From Trichosphaerium sp. ATCC 40318 (taxonomy: Eukaryota; Protista; Tubulinea): a stretch of 64,000 nucleotides of DNA. The notes below the pieces were generated by a model. The model was not told where the DNA came from. It searched no databases and saw only the letters and a list, made by a program, of their open reading frames with translations. The stretch spans positions 124,001 through 188,000 of the forward strand of contig JALMLS010000228.1 in NCBI GenBank assembly GCA_038496445.1. Reading direction: 5' to 3'. Below, piece after piece: positions 39,173 through 53,206 of the stretch (positions within the stretch are counted from its first letter, which is position 1; each line of letters starts with the position of its first letter). The position numbers and the translations under genes are program-made.

Positions 39173-42100
39173 ATGTCGGACAGGCCGAACATACGACAGT
39201 CATCATCCTCAGCTTTAGTAAAAACAGTCAATCGTATACGATTTCTGATAATGTACTAGAGCGATCTAAAAGAAACCGAGGAGCGTATTAAACAGCTCAA
39301 TATTGAATTGGATCGGAAATTGGCTGAGCTTGCCAATGCAAAGGTACGACGCGCTGTGGTTCGTTCCTGACAACGCATAGGTCGCTAGGTCTCCCTTCAA
39401 GGTAGTATTTTCGATAGTAACCCGTTAATTTTCTAACCAACTCAAGCAATTAACGTCGTTATGGCAGACCAAGGTAGTGGTTGCATTAATACGCAATACT
39501 AACGTTATTTTAGACTCAACGAAAACAAAACGCCGAGATGTCTATCAAACTGCATAACATTGGTACTCATCCACACAAACAAACATACGCCAACTAAACA
39601 ATGACAGAAATTTCGCAAAAAATGCCCGCCTTCTCCTCAGCCCATACAGTTGCGTATACATGCTATGTAGGTGCGTGAAACAACGTAGAAATATGCTATA
39701 AATATATGACGTTCACAAACGTCAAAAAAAGCGAAAACGATTCTCAACCGTTTTTTTTTTAGATGGATGGAGGTGTCTCGTTAAGGAATACAAACAAACA
39801 TCAAAAGACTCTACTGCAAATTCTAAGGCTCTATCAGAGATAACAATGCTAGAGAATCTTCCATTCAATAGCAACATTGTGAGGTATGCTGTTGTACTAT
39901 CACGTGCTATGTTCATAAATGCAACAGAACAAAATCTGAGATTACTTTTTTCACAAATCTTTTTGCTCCCATTCCAATGAATGAAGTGCATGCAACTCTT
40001 TAACACTGCCTCTTATAACTGCGTAGATATTTTTTCCATGATCAAAGAGGGTCTACTATACGTGTGTACACAGCCATGTACGATACAAATCTCACATGCT
40101 ACTTGGCAGAGCGTAAAGTACACTTTTTATTTATTTAAGTTTTTGCTCATACTTTGCTCAATGCATATCTCTTACCATTTCTTCAGAAACAAGACAATCC
40201 ATTGACATTAGAAGAACTTCAAAACTTTATGAGAGATATCCTACGTGGTTTAGAGGTTCGCCTTAGACGAAAGACTATGACATTCTAATACTTCGACAGT
40301 TTCTTCATGGATATTGTATTATACATCGAGAGCTTACCACAGATAGCATATTTGTTATGTATGACGAAAGAAGAAGCGTTAGGAAGCTTGCTATTGCAAA
40401 CTTGGACAATGCAAAGATAATATCAGGCAAATCAGCAGCCAAGACGCTTATAGGATCTGCTGGTATGCAACATATCAAACATTTTATACCTAGAAGAGAC
40501 TGATTCTTGCGTAGCTTTTACAGCACCAGAAGTATTTGTAGCAAAGAGAACAGGAGTTTCATATTCTTTTGGCGCAGATGTTTACTCTTTTGGCATGGTA
40601 AGTACCTGTTGAGTTTAAGAGACTGTTACTTAAGGCTCTTACTAGATTGTGTATACACTGCTATATCTACAAGCACCTTACAAAGATGTCTCAGCTGCTA
40701 TGCTCCCAGGAAAGATAGCTAAGGGTGTACTTCCTTCATTTCCACCTATAGATGACCCTTCTCTGCAAAATGTTGTTGCTATAGTGAAAGAGTGTATTCG
40801 CACAGATGCAAAGGTATCTCGCAAAGGTTTGCCAATAGTTACTTATATTTAAAGCTACGACCGACAGTACCAGAGCTACGGGAAGCTATATTCACTAGTA
40901 AGCCTATTACTGATATTGTGGCAGCAAAGCAATACAATGTTGGTGTACGTGTATCTGTTTATAGTCGTCAACTTATTTAAACTTATAGAACACAAAAATG
41001 GCAAAGAGTCCACCACGTCATTTTTATGAACACTTTTTCTTTATTGGGCTTAATGGCGAAAAACCGAAGTCACGAACGCCTGAGATTCTTTATCAATATC
41101 CAGGATCAAAGTAAGATATCACGTGATCATCAAATAGTTTATTACGAGTGGATCGCGCTGTAAACAGCTGTCAATTTTTTTTTTTTTTTGCGACAACAGT
41201 TAACAGGCGATTTAACTCGATGCACATTATCACGTGGGTTTTTAATTAATTAGTTTTTAAAGAGTATCATATGCTGATGTTTTGACAATGTATTGCTTTC
41301 CGACACCACCAACTGTTGTTGAAGTATCAAAGTCACAATCAATGTCATTTGTTTACGAAAAAATATTCTCTTCTGTAAGAGAATGTGAGAAATCTGAAAA
41401 CTCTTTTGTATTCACTATTAACACTGATGATTGTATGTTATATGGTGTATGTGTTTATGTCGAAGGACAAGCAACAGTACGTTAATCAATGAGAAAAAAA
41501 TGAGAACCGGTTTTTTCTTTCTTCTTGTGTTTTGTTTTTGTTTGCTGGTATTCAACTTGTTACTCATGTTTTATAGAAAATGCCTGATTTTGCCACTACC
41601 AAAAAAGGAGGAACTCATGATAATAAAAAAACGACACCACCAAAGCTTAAGAAAGCAAAGGATGATACAATAGGATTTACACAACGATGTTATTGTCTTG
41701 TAACTAAAGTACCTTGTTTCGCCTTACACTTTAAAGTATTATGGTCTCTAATAGGTACACATATAATCACCTCCCATTTGTACAAGTGAGACTAACAGGT
41801 TCACCTCTAGTCCAAGAAAGGCAGCTAGAGTTTGCTAGTCAACATAATAATAGCTCAAAGTTTGAAAGCAAAATCATACCTATGATAAAAGCTTACAGAA
41901 AAAAAGCGCTTAGAGGTATTGGTCTAAAGTTTACTATACACTTGGTTGGAGCTTTTGATAAGATAAATATAAAAACAAAGGTACAAAATAATTTTGAAAA
42001 AACACTAAGCTGTCTTGAACAGTTTTTCTCCGAAAGAAATGTAAATAATCAACTTTCTTAATTTTCTCTTTCAATGAAATCTATTGTTCATTGTTGTTTG

Positions 42101-43103
42101 CTTTGATTGTTTTTTTGTCTTATATTATTTAGCGATTAGCGCATGATGGTCATTTAGCGGAGTGGTGTGTTCCTTGCTTATGTAGAACAATATCAAACTC
42201 GTCAATCATAAAACTGTTCCTACATGCTCTTTTAGAGCATCATATTATACTCACGTCGAAAAATCTTGGTGTTATGACAGCTATAGTACTTTCTATTGTT
42301 CCCCTATTACGACCGTTCATATGGCAAGGTCCTCTATTAACAGTTGTAAGTATCAAAACTCTGGTGTATGAGTATCGATGGAAGTGTACTTAATCTATTT
42401 TGTTTAGCTGCCAGCAAATATGGCCGATTTGGTGGATGCGCCTGTTGCTTATATTCTTGGCGTGACATCTCCTAAAGAAAAATATGATGACCATATACTT
42501 GTATTCGATATTGATGAAGATAAGTGGCATATACCTGATTCTTTATCTCTTCCGCGATATCCTCACTTTAAGAGCTTGTATCCGAACTATTTTTTCTTTT
42601 TTTTTTTCGAGTACTTTTTTTGTTGTTTGCTTTGACTCTTTGTCAGAAAATCTAATCTGTCTGAATCTTCAGCGCCTATACGTGACTCGGAATATGATAT
42701 AAACGTATGTGTTACGAAAATGGGAGAACAGACACATGTAAACACAGTACTTGCTGCGTTCAAGGAATTCAAATCAAAGATTGTAAATGACATTGCAAAA
42801 GTAAGTTTTTGTTTTCGGACACTCCACCAACACACGTTATTGACTAAACACCATTACTAGGCTATGGAAGATCAAACAAGTTCTGATTTTGATATATCTA
42901 GTCCTTCTGGAACAGAATACGTATTGAGTAAATTACAAGCAAGATACCGTGATTTTTTCTCTTCTTTACTAAAAACACAAATGTTCGAAATGTATACTTC
43001 ACAATTCACACAATCTGTTATCGCTTGGAGAAAACAAAGTGAGAACCAAGAGCTTATAGATAGACTTGTATCTTCACTACATAAAGATGACGATGTAAAA
43101 TAA
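39173..43103 (+). CDS. Pseudokinase-DENN domain fusion protein (putative Rab GEF)
   Basis: Kinase fold (DGWRCLVKE, NIVR, IIHRELTTDS, LAIANLD, FTAPE, ADVYSFG) joined by phase-0 intron 40945-40988 to a DENN region (FYEHFFFIG, YCFP, LYGVCV, RCYCLVTK, LLEHHII, LLRPFIWQG, LVDAPVAYILGV). Confidence 0.8.
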
Positions 43104-43388
43104 ATGATAACGTTTGAAGGAAGACACTCGCACTTTTTTTTAAAATTGTTCCGGATTTTTTGCTTTTTCTGGACATCCAGTATGCACTATTCTATTGCTC
43201 TGTCTCTTTATATTCGCTGCTTGTTCTTTTAGCACAAACCTAGGCAACAGGTATATTCGCAGATTCATGACTCTGTTATATTTAATAACAGCCCAAACGA
43301 AACAGCTTTCCTCAACGGAACTTGGTTAATTGAAAACGAATTCGATACTATTCAATGGTTGTGTTTTATTGCAAAGTATGTTTTTATG

Positions 43389-45301
43389 TTATATTTCTTC
43401 CAGGGAATGTAGTTGTTCATCTGATATTAGTACTGATATTTCTTCATCGTCTTCTTCTTGCCCTTCTTTATCGGTATCTGGGTCGTCTATTTCAGCAAGC
43501 TGATACGTTTCTCCTTCGTCTTTTTTGATTTTCTTGCTTTCTTTAAAGTATGTCCCCATTCTGCCAACCCAAATTAGAAGTATGAGAGTAACAATTGCTA
43601 CAAAGTTGATAATAAAAAGCAGCCAAGGGAATGAACTGTATCCTTGAACAAGCAGTCAGTACAAAACTTTGATTCTGCTTCCTTGTTTTTATTTTACCTA
43701 GTTTTGTGAAGAGTGTTGCGGTCAGCATCGGTATAGTTATCCCCCCAAAGCAACCACCAACTACAAATATACTAGAAGTAGTCCCAGTAACACGGATATA
43801 TTTCGTAGCTAAGGTGATAGCTGTTGCAAACTACGGCCATATTGAGACCAAAAAAAAAAGGAATAAACAGTACACTTGAAGCCATTCCCAATCCATACAG
43901 TATGACGCTCACCCAAAGCCATACAGAAGAGTGTTGTTGCCAAACCATCAAAACAGTAGAAATAACACATATGGTAAGGTTACCTACAAGGTGTCACGTG
44001 CCAAGAAAAAAATGAGAAAATAAAAAGCAACCTACCTATCAACATTTGTTTAGCTGTGATATACACAGAAATCGGAATAGCTAGTAGTCTCCCTTGCAAC
44101 AAAGCGTTATTAATATCAAAACATTGTATGTTTCTAGCTTATAATCATACCAACAGTCAGGGATCCCCAGAACCCAGCGTTTATGTAGAAGGCTTGGGTT
44201 TCTCCTGTAATATTCGTCTTTACAGCATACGTGTACAAAAATCCACCGGCACTAACTTCAGCACCTACATAAATACACAAGAATAGTGCCGTACAAGCAA
44301 TAACAAGATATTCTGTTCGTCTAGTTCCTATATGCTTTTCTTCTCGCTTTGATTCTATTTCTTTTGCTTTTCTCGAGCGAAGGAATATAAGGCTTAATAT
44401 AGCAGGTGCAAACATTGAAGCCATAACCCACCAAGCAATATTAAGCCCTTGATTTGTACTGTACTCACACTTGGCCCCTGGTTCGACATTTGGATGTGCA
44501 AGCTATCAACACGTGATAAGCTTTTTCAGTCAATGTGTTATATATAGTGTGACGTACAGTATGTTCCACCTTGTGGTATTTTGACATGAGCCCACCAACA
44601 AGCAGAGGCGAGAAAAAAGCTCCTAGACCAAAACTGAAATGAAGTGCTTGCATGTAGGGGTCAACGTTTGTATGAGCATAAAGCCAAATAAGCGTTGTGT
44701 TGGCAGCTAAATCAGTACGTGAACTAGCTCTAGATGAATACAAGCTGTACCTGAGTCAAAGAATCCCGTGCTAGCTCCATTGAAAACAAAGACAGCAGCA
44801 ATAAGATACACATTCTTTATAAATGGAAATGTTGAAGTTGACAGCAATGACACAGTTAGGCTAAGTGCCATCAGCCTATTCCCTGGCACTTTATCTACAA
44901 TTGGCCCACTTATGACTAATCACGTGAATTCAATGCCACAAACTGAACTTGACTTACTAGCGCCTAACAAGTAACCAATGGATCTGGCAATGAAAATAAA
45001 ACCAAGTATTTGCATTGTCGACTGTAGTTGGGCACATACTACCAAAAGAACGGGTCAGATAAGCTAATGTAAGTACAATCATACGTTGTAGGAGAGCTAG
45101 GCCAAGACTTGCCGCTAGAAACCCTAGAACGAGATAAGCGAAGCAATATGTTGCACAAATCGCTGTAGATTCAGTACTAAAACGCGTCAGGCCGAATTGT
45201 AGTTGTATGTGTTAAGATAAAACGCACAAGACAAGGCTCTTGAGCGATAACCATCGCGATTTTGAAGGTTTTTTGTCGATTTCTACAGCTTGAATGTCCA
45301 T
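43389..45301 (-). CDS. Major facilitator superfamily transporter (MFSD4/FucP-like)
   Basis: LGFIFIARSIGYLLG, GPIVDKVPGNRLM, YMQALHFSFGLGAFFSPLLVG, YVGAEVSAGGFLYTYA, GFWGSLTVG, GRLLAIPIS. Confidence 0.88.
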
Positions 45302-45582
45302 TGCAACAGTTGTTGAGTCACCTATTTCTAAAAAGTTGAAAACCGCTAAGGATCGACTTGTGGCAGGGTACTTTCACAGTCACGTGTTTTTGAAAACTTA
45401 CCACTCAGTTAACAGTAATTTAAACTCAAAACAGCCATAGATCCTAACCAGTGAAGGCTTTTCGTGCCTAATTACTGTTACAATAATGCCGAGAGATTTG
45501 GCCCTCTTACTAACAGAGGTTTGTCTGAGAATTGAACGCCTTAACGTAGAACAGAACTTAATGAAACGAGTTATTACTTTAA

Positions 45583-46416
45583 ATGATGAGAGCAAAACGT
45601 ACTAATACATCGATAAAACGAATACCCCGTCCTCAATGTATACCGCCAGAGACATTAACACAAATTCTACGGTATTTAGACAAAACCCAGCGTATTACTT
45701 CTTCTGCAGTTTCTCACATGTTCAATAACATCATTCGGCATAATATTGGCTTTGATAGCGTAAGAGTACGGGAGTCCTCTGATTGTAGTATTCTGAAAGG
45801 AAGTCCATTGCTTAAAAACACTACAATACGATGTGTTTGTCTTGAACTATCGGCTGGTGACATGGCTTGTTTTGTTGGTGTTCACACAATAGACTTCTCA
45901 CATTCAGCAATAACAGATGATGGTATCCTTGCAATGGTACAAGGGGGACATAACATTTCCTCAATTAACTTGCAGTATACAAAGATAACAGATGTTTCAT
46001 TGAAGGCTCTCAAAGGAGTTCATAAAATCAACATTTGTGGTTGTAAGAGTATCACTGTTGAAGGAATAAAGGCATTGGAAGGATTAAAACGTATTGAACT
46101 TAGCTATCCTCGAAATGAATGGCTTGAATACCTTTCTAATGTACACACAGTTCGTATTTATTATGGAAGATCAATCACAGATGATGGAATCAAATCTTTG
46201 ATTAATGTGAAATATCTTCATCTTTCACAGTGCGAAAATATATCAGATGAAGGTCTCAAGCACTTGGTAAACCTAGAGCACCTCTTTGTTTGTGATGAAA
46301 AGATTACAGATGGTTGTTTGAAATACTTGAAGTCTCTTAAAAGAGTCAAAATAGGTGGTGGTAGCAAGATTACAAAAGAGGCTGTACAGGCATTAGGTGT
46401 AGCTTGGCTTCCTTAG
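45583..46416 (+). CDS. F-box + short LRR protein, copy 4 (intronless; closest paralog of 18195-19041)
   Basis: CIPPETLTQILRYL..VSHMFNNIIRHNIGF, GSPLLKNT, then GVHTIDFS..ITDDG repeats, colinear with copy 3. Confidence 0.88.
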   Translation: MMRAKRTNTSIKRIPRPQCIPPETLTQILRYLDKTQRITSSAVSHMFNNIIRHNIGFDSVRVRESSDCSILKGSPLLKNTTIRCVCLELSAGDMACFVGVHTIDFSHSAITDDGILAMVQGGHNISSINLQYTKITDVSLKALKGVHKINICGCKSITVEGIKALEGLKRIELSYPRNEWLEYLSNVHTVRIYYGRSITDDGIKSLINVKYLHLSQCENISDEGLKHLVNLEHLFVCDEKITDGCLKYLKSLKRVKIGGGSKITKEAVQALGVAWLP

Positions 46417-46845
46417 GTATTTTACAATGGGTCTCACTACGGCGTATGGTCTTAGGATTACCTTGTACGAGCAAGAACTATGGTTTTGCTGACATGCATA
46501 GCGTTAACGTCAGAGAACAAAGGACGCTAGCAACTACTCGACTAAGTCACAATTCAAAAACTGTAAAGGACAAATATATATTGGTTTTATAGTGCTTCGG
46601 TTTTTACTTAGCCCACGTATTGCATTTGCTTTGAGAGGTTGTAATCTATTTGTTCACCATTATCAACTTGCTACAGGAAAAACGTGATGGGTGCTTGAAA
46701 CAGCATGAAGTTGTAGCTGTCCAAATAATTGTGATCCAAGATACACAAAATCACCAAAGCCTCCAGTTGACAAAGCAAGCAAACTAAACAAAGTACATTA
46801 TTTGGTTATTTTGAACTTCGCCAAATTAATCGAATTTTCGGACAG

Positions 46846-47400
46846 AAATGTGTGGACTAGATTAGTCGAGCTGATTAGGCCTTCTATGCAAAGCATAATA
46901 TCTCAGTTTCTCCTAGAAAACGGGATGTACGATAATATCCCGTTTGATGAGTTTAAATCATTTTTTGATAAGAAGAACAGGTATAGCGCTCTACTAGCGT
47001 AGTTATGCCTAATAAAGATAGAGAACAAGATATTGTAGTAGAATTGTATAACGACTACATTAACCAACGCGATGAGTTGAGAGAACGAGTAAAACAGAAT
47101 ATAATAGCGAAATTTGGTAGTTTAAAGAAAGAAGAAGTGAGATTTTTGAATGTTTTGATTGCTTTGAATTTACAGTTACCGTAGGTTACTGAAGAAGATA
47201 TACCAAGGATTAAAAGGACCATTAGAGAGTTAACCGCCAAAATAAAATACGAAAAAAAACTTTGCGAGGAGCAAAAAAGCGAACTAGAACGATTTGACCG
47301 TAAACTAGATGAATACATACCAAAAACGCGTAATAGACTACCAAACACAAAGTTTGACTTTAAAACCGCCAAAAAGCTCCAAGCTGCATTACAACAATGA
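46846..47400 (+). CDS. Coiled-coil hypothetical protein (5' exons unresolved)
   Basis: GT-AG exons join as NVWTRLVELIRP..KKN|REQDIVVELY..KKEE|VTEEDIPRIKRTIRELT..ALQQ*. Confidence 0.45.
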
Positions 47401-47805
47401 TCAAATCGCGTTTGCAGTATAAAAAAACTAAAAGCAAGCGTTTAATTGGAACAATCAATGGAAGCAAACATGCAACTACGGATTACTGTAAAGCAGTGCT
47501 GGAACGTATTTTTTAGGCAACCCTCATAAATGTACATAGTAATAAAAGAGTGTAAATAGCAAAACATTGACTGGCACAGATTTCTTGTTGTGAGTTTTAC
47601 TAAAGCCCAAACAGTCTTTGGACATGGGCCATTCTCATTCTGCGTAAACAGCATTATTTTGGATTTAGGGCTTCACGTGCTTTATTTTTCTTGAGAATTA
47701 GCTCGAAGGAGTAGTTTTGTGGACATGTGGGAACACTGCCGTCTGCTATGTATAACTTTTGGTATTTTAATAAATTTGTTTTTTGTTATTTTACTTATAT
47801 TGGTT

Positions 47806-49208
47806 CTAATAGGAACCCTAACGAGTCATGAGTTTCAAGTATAATTACGTATTATATAGTATTACCTCTCTGCTTGAACGTGCTAGTAATGGCCTCCTAT
47901 CCTCTTTTCTTTTTCGATTTTTTTCTTTCGTCTAATTTTTTTTCTGTTAGTGTTTTCTAACAAAATGAAGGCTACAAACGAAGGCTATGTAGTAGTGTTT
48001 TCCATATTACGTACCTCAGCAATATCTCCTTTATACGCCCTTCTTTCCATGTCAATATATTTACCCCACTCAGCATTCATGCTTTCATACCTGTACGTAA
48101 CGAGGTTAGCTAACTTAAAAGAAACTTCGATGACAACAATGCGTATGTATGTTTATAACCTAAATGTTGCACTGTTTGATGTGCTAGAGTGTATACTTTC
48201 TACATAGCGACATGCCAGTTCAATTCAATTAAAAGTAGGAAACTTTGAAACAAAGTGGAGTTATGCACAATTGAGCTTTAGCTTACCTTCTTTGTCTTAT
48301 ATATGTGCGACATTTACAGCACAAATATATGCCTAATACTGTAAACACAAATAGAAAGAATACGCCAACACTCATAAAAATCGCTACAGTCATCCATAAT
48401 GCCGATACTAAACAAGTTTTAATGTTGAAAACACAATAAGTAAGAAAAAAATAAGAAAAACATACTATCACAGTATCTCCAAAAAAAGTCAGCATGCGAA
48501 ACACTTATATGTGTTATATCATTGTTTTTATGAGTAACACCAAAAATATTACCAGAATAACATGTAGGTACACTAATTGATTCTCCAGACTACGAAAAAA
48601 ATGGTTAAAAGAAACGGAATTTTTTTCTTAAAGTTTTAGGTTGTACCACTTGTTTTAACTTCTTTATCCAAACACAATTCCACTGCTTTGTGCAAGCACC
48701 ACATGTTGTAATATTGATACAATCGACAACAGCTTGAGGAAATTGTTTTACAACTGGCTAAGAACGAAGCAAATTATTTAGTCGGTTGTACGGATTTCGG
48801 GTTTTAAATCTCACCGCTAGTATTGTTGGCGCAGCTGTGGGTCCTACTGGTTCACTTGGTGGTTGTGTGCTATTACTAGGCACCGTAGGCGCTATTGTAG
48901 TATTTCCCGGAGCTGTAGGCTCTTCCGTATTGTTTCCTGGAGCTATTGGAGCGTCTGGTGGGTTTGAGGGCACTGTTGGCGATTCTGGTGATTGTGCTGT
49001 AGCCTAACAGTTTGTAAGTTTGTAAAACATCGAACAAACTACGTTACATCGTTAACCAATAGCGTAAGGGCAATAACTACGAGCCAGAATTAATATTTAA
49101 ACAAAGTTTTTGTAAACTGTACCAAATAAGCTAAGAATAAGCGGAATATGCGTTTCTACGTTAAATTAATTGATACCATACTGTTTTAACGAACGTACTA
49201 GTTATCAT
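47806..49208 (-). CDS. PTTG1IP-like type I membrane protein (P/T-rich stalk, PSI-like Cys motif, TM, basic tail)
   Basis: Signal peptide; P/T stalk with N-glycosylation sites; CINITTCGACTKQWNCVW; TM ending LCCKC; tail contains the DRRPLL dileucine motif. Confidence 0.65.
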
Positions 49209-49473
49209 AGCGTATTAACGCCTAAATGTCGTTTCGAATATTCACAGCAACGTCCCTTGTTACACAGTTACCGAATATACGCTTGCTAGAAAACAACGAA
49301 AAAGTGTGACACTTTTCTGACTTTACTTTTTTGACCTTTGCCTCCATCTTGCGCTTAACAGCATGTACTCGCTTATTTGAGTTGCATACAGTACACAAAA
49401 ATGGATTTCAAAAATTGATAACACCAACTCCACAATTACAATTCAAATGGAATCATAAATAAAACTTTTATTT

Positions 49474-51755
49474 CTACATCGAAATCAAATAGCCAAATAC
49501 TCTGCTCTTTGTTGCTTTTTTCTTACAATAAGAAAACACACAGTAACTATAAGAGGTAATAAGCGACAAGATTGTAAAGAAAGTACATACGTGACACCAT
49601 TAACACAGACATGAGGCCAACGCTCACACCAACTATAAGCCACATTTTAGATGTGCCTTGATCGCATACGGGAGAACCTATTTCTGATGACATGAGGTCA
49701 CCACATTTGAAGCATTCTTTTCCAAAAGGGGAGTATTCTCCAGCTTGACACTAAAAAAACAAAAACACTTTTAATGACATCATTTATCACGTGATCCACA
49801 AAAACCAAAGAACTAAAATCATGGATTATAGTACGTACTGGAATGCATTCGTATCGATCTTTTTCAGAGTAATAACCAGGCTTGCATTTTGTACATTCAG
49901 GAGAACCTGAAGTAGATGCTTCTCCAATACCACAGTCTATGCATTTGTCTCCAGACGCATATGTACCATTTGGACAAATAGAACATACAGTTTGTTCTGT
50001 ATTTATAATACTACCAGAGTCACATGCAAAACATCTTGGTAGACTTCCTGGATTGTATTCATCTTTAGGACATTCTTCACAAGCGAAAAGAAACTCATAA
50101 GATACATTACCAAGGCTACAGTTGGCTGCAAAACAAAGTGTTAGCTTAGCAAAGGATATTCGCTTGGTGTACTTACGCTTTGACCCTATCAACGTGTTGT
50201 ATTGTATATCAAACTCCCAGGGATCATTTTCAGGTAATGTAATAGGTGGCATTAACTAGGACGATAACGGTAAGGCTAGAAATACATGTGATAATTTCGT
50301 ACCGTTGGTCCAAAAGTATTGTTTAGTATTGATACGTTGTGTAAACCACCTACACCTAAATGTATGGAAAAATATGTTGTGTTTCCATGAAAAATATTTT
50401 GTTCAACCAAAAGTACAACAGAGCCTTGTGATGGAGAGTCTACTTTTATGCAATTCTCCTAAGTATTTATTAGCCATATTTCCTAAAGGAAACAAAAAAA
50501 TGCGATCATTACCGGCGTTTGATTGCAATTGAATGAATTTCTTTGTATTCTGACTGTAAGCAAATCATCAGTTATCGATAAACACTCCTTAAGAAAATCT
50601 TAGTTAGTCCAGAAAGAAGAAGTGATTGAACAAAAGTTATCGGGTATCTACCTCATTTGAATTGCAATCGATTTTTGATTCTACAAGTGTCAGATTTCCA
50701 AAGCTCTCGAATACCCCATTAATTACACTAACATAGCTCCTATCTATCACAATAATTTTCGCTATTTCAGGCAATCAGTAAAACGCCAGTTGGCTAAAGA
50801 AAAAAAAAACAAGTGAAAGAGCTAACATACGGTGTAACTTTTCCCAACTATCCACGTAAATATTTGAAGTAGTATAGTTTACTGACGCTTTCGTATTAAC
50901 GCTTTGATATACATCTGATTTTTCTAAAATAAAGCGACTGTCATCAACTGCTCCATAAACTAGAAACTCGTCAGGTTCCAATCCAATAAAAAAGTCATAA
51001 ACTTATGCAAAGGTCATTCCATTTTTGACACTGTACACGTGCGAATGTTAATTTGTACTACGTACTCAAACCAATATTTCCTTTAGGTAATTCGCATTCA
51101 ATAAAATATGCTATTACATGAAGCATAAAGGTAGCACCAGATTTGAAGCCAGTTAATCGAAATTCAAAGTTTTGATAAATACTCTCCTTGAAATGCTACA
51201 AAAACAATTATACCTCACGAAAATATAATATGAAATCCAACGGTGTTATTACCACGTTGTTTTGAGAGGATTTCAGAAAAAAAAAACAAGAGGCGTACAA
51301 AACAGGAAGAGTTTGCACATGTAGGCTTGGTGCGCTCTACGCCATCCCAATCATACCATATTATGTTTAAGACTGCTCGTGTATCCCAAGATAATTGTGT
51401 GGTATTTACTTTCGGATATTCGCCTCCTATACAACTATGTGAGCGAAAATAATGCGTTTCGCATGTTAACTATTGGTTTCAAGTGTACCTTGATAGCAAA
51501 CTGTACAAATTCGCCTCCCATCGATAATTGTGCATGTTAAACTCCTTTCTTTAGTAATTGGCGTTACTGTTAGGAATGGCGCTGATTTTGTTCCATTTCC
51601 CTAGCAGAATTTTACTAATGCGTTTCACTGCAAGATAGTAGTGGCCATACGTTGTCGCTACCATTAGTTGCTACATAAAAATCGCATGTATCGTTAAAAG
51701 CGTAGCCAAACGCTATAAATACAACCAACAATACCAAAATTAGCCTTCCAAACAT
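49474..51755 (-). CDS. Type I membrane protein: beta-helix/DUF1565-like N-terminus plus Cys-rich (GCC2/ephrin-receptor-like) repeats
   Basis: Signal peptide; FYVATNGSD..GNGTKSAPFLT; CPNGTYASGDKCIDCGIGE..CKPGYYS repeats; C-terminal TM WLIVGVSVGLMSVLMV. Confidence 0.7.
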
Positions 51756-51940
51756 ACTAGAGAATAATTAGTACGCTTGTGGGTTCTGTTTTCTGACAGT
51801 ATTTTTCTGTTTTCCAACATTCCGAAATAGGCCTTACTTAACTGCTTGTGCTTTAGATTTTCTTACTTCTTTTGGTGTAAGAATAGACATGTATGGTTCT
51901 TTAATGACGTAACATACGGCAAGGTGCACATGCGCTGTAA

Positions 51941-53129
51941 TTAATTTGGTAAGTTTATTGTACACACTGAGTACACTGGTTTGTGGTCACTTTGGAGTGC
52001 TTGATGGCAAGCATTGTACTCGTATATTTTGACGATACTCTTAGTATCTTTCCACAACACTCTGTCACACCATGCTGGTATACGTTTCTTCTTAGAACTA
52101 TCATAAGTTTGTGTACCAACATCAAACTTGAATGAAGGCTTAAAAGTTATTTCTGCTTCATTAAAAGGTGAAAAAGATTCCAACTCTTTCTTGGCTTTTT
52201 TTAACTGATCATGATCAAGTAAAGATTTCCATGTATCACTCTTTACAATATCAAGTGTTTGGTCTCTACTAACTGTATCTAATCTGAAATTCAAGTCTCC
52301 AAAGAAGAATATAATGCTAAAAGAACGTAAACTCACCAGCAGGGAAGTAAAATTGAGAAATTTGTTTGTTCAAAGAAATCAATGTCATTGACGTACTCAT
52401 GCATAACCACTGATTTACCGTTTGAAAAGCAATGTCCTAGTATAGCACTAACATCTGCACAACGTTGAGAGTATCTTTTGGTATGTGTATCAGCAGTAAG
52501 ATGGGCACCAACATAGCAAATGCTCAAATCACCAAGCCTACAAGTAATAAATATATCAGATTTAGGATCCCAAAGAGTTCGTACTCCAGGCTGCACAAAG
52601 CCGCTCCCTTGCGTGTAGTAAAGGTTTCTGATTCTCCGTGTTGACATCTAGACTCCTCCTTAGTGCTGATTCTCTTTGCAATGTCGTCTGTAGTAAGGAT
52701 GATCAATTGAGTACCAGCCAGTCGGATGCTGGACAGGAGTTGTATCTAGAAGCTTGATTTAGTTCAAACCACGCGTAGATTATTGTTAGCTACCTTGTCC
52801 GCTCCACGGGAGGTATTTATGCAGGCGAGTAAGGTCGTAGTCCATAATTGGTAACGGTCGCTTTTAGGTTCTACCTCTATGTTTCTAAGCGTGTTAAACG
52901 GCGTATGGCGTAAATTGGAGTTGTTACTTGTAACTAATCACCTCTTGCAGCGCAAAAGCAAAGAAACTACACTGTTTACGCTCTGACACCTAGGAAACGT
53001 TAAAACTTTCGATATTCAAAACAAAAAAAGGGTACAGCGTACAGAAATCCACTGTTCTACGCAAGAAACGTTTGGTACAATATTGTTGACATTCCAGGTG
53101 GCAATGAACTGCCTGCGAAGCTCGGCCAT
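51941..53129 (-). CDS. Inositol polyphosphate 5-phosphatase
   Basis: IATWNV, FALQE, RKGAA, CYVGAHL, FFFGDLNFR, PSFKFD..YDSSKKKRIPAWCDRVLW, SDHKPV. Confidence 0.93.
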
Positions 53130-53206
53130 TTTGACCTTTTTTGAAAATCCGTGATGCCTTTTGATTTTTTCATTAAATTAAAGCTACTCAGAGTTGAAAG
53201 CGCTCA
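53130..53206. promoter_or_regulatory. Putative bidirectional promoter (77 bp between divergent ATGs)
   Basis: The 5-phosphatase ATG (minus strand, 53129) and the EEP ATG (plus strand, 53207) are head-to-head. Confidence 0.5.
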
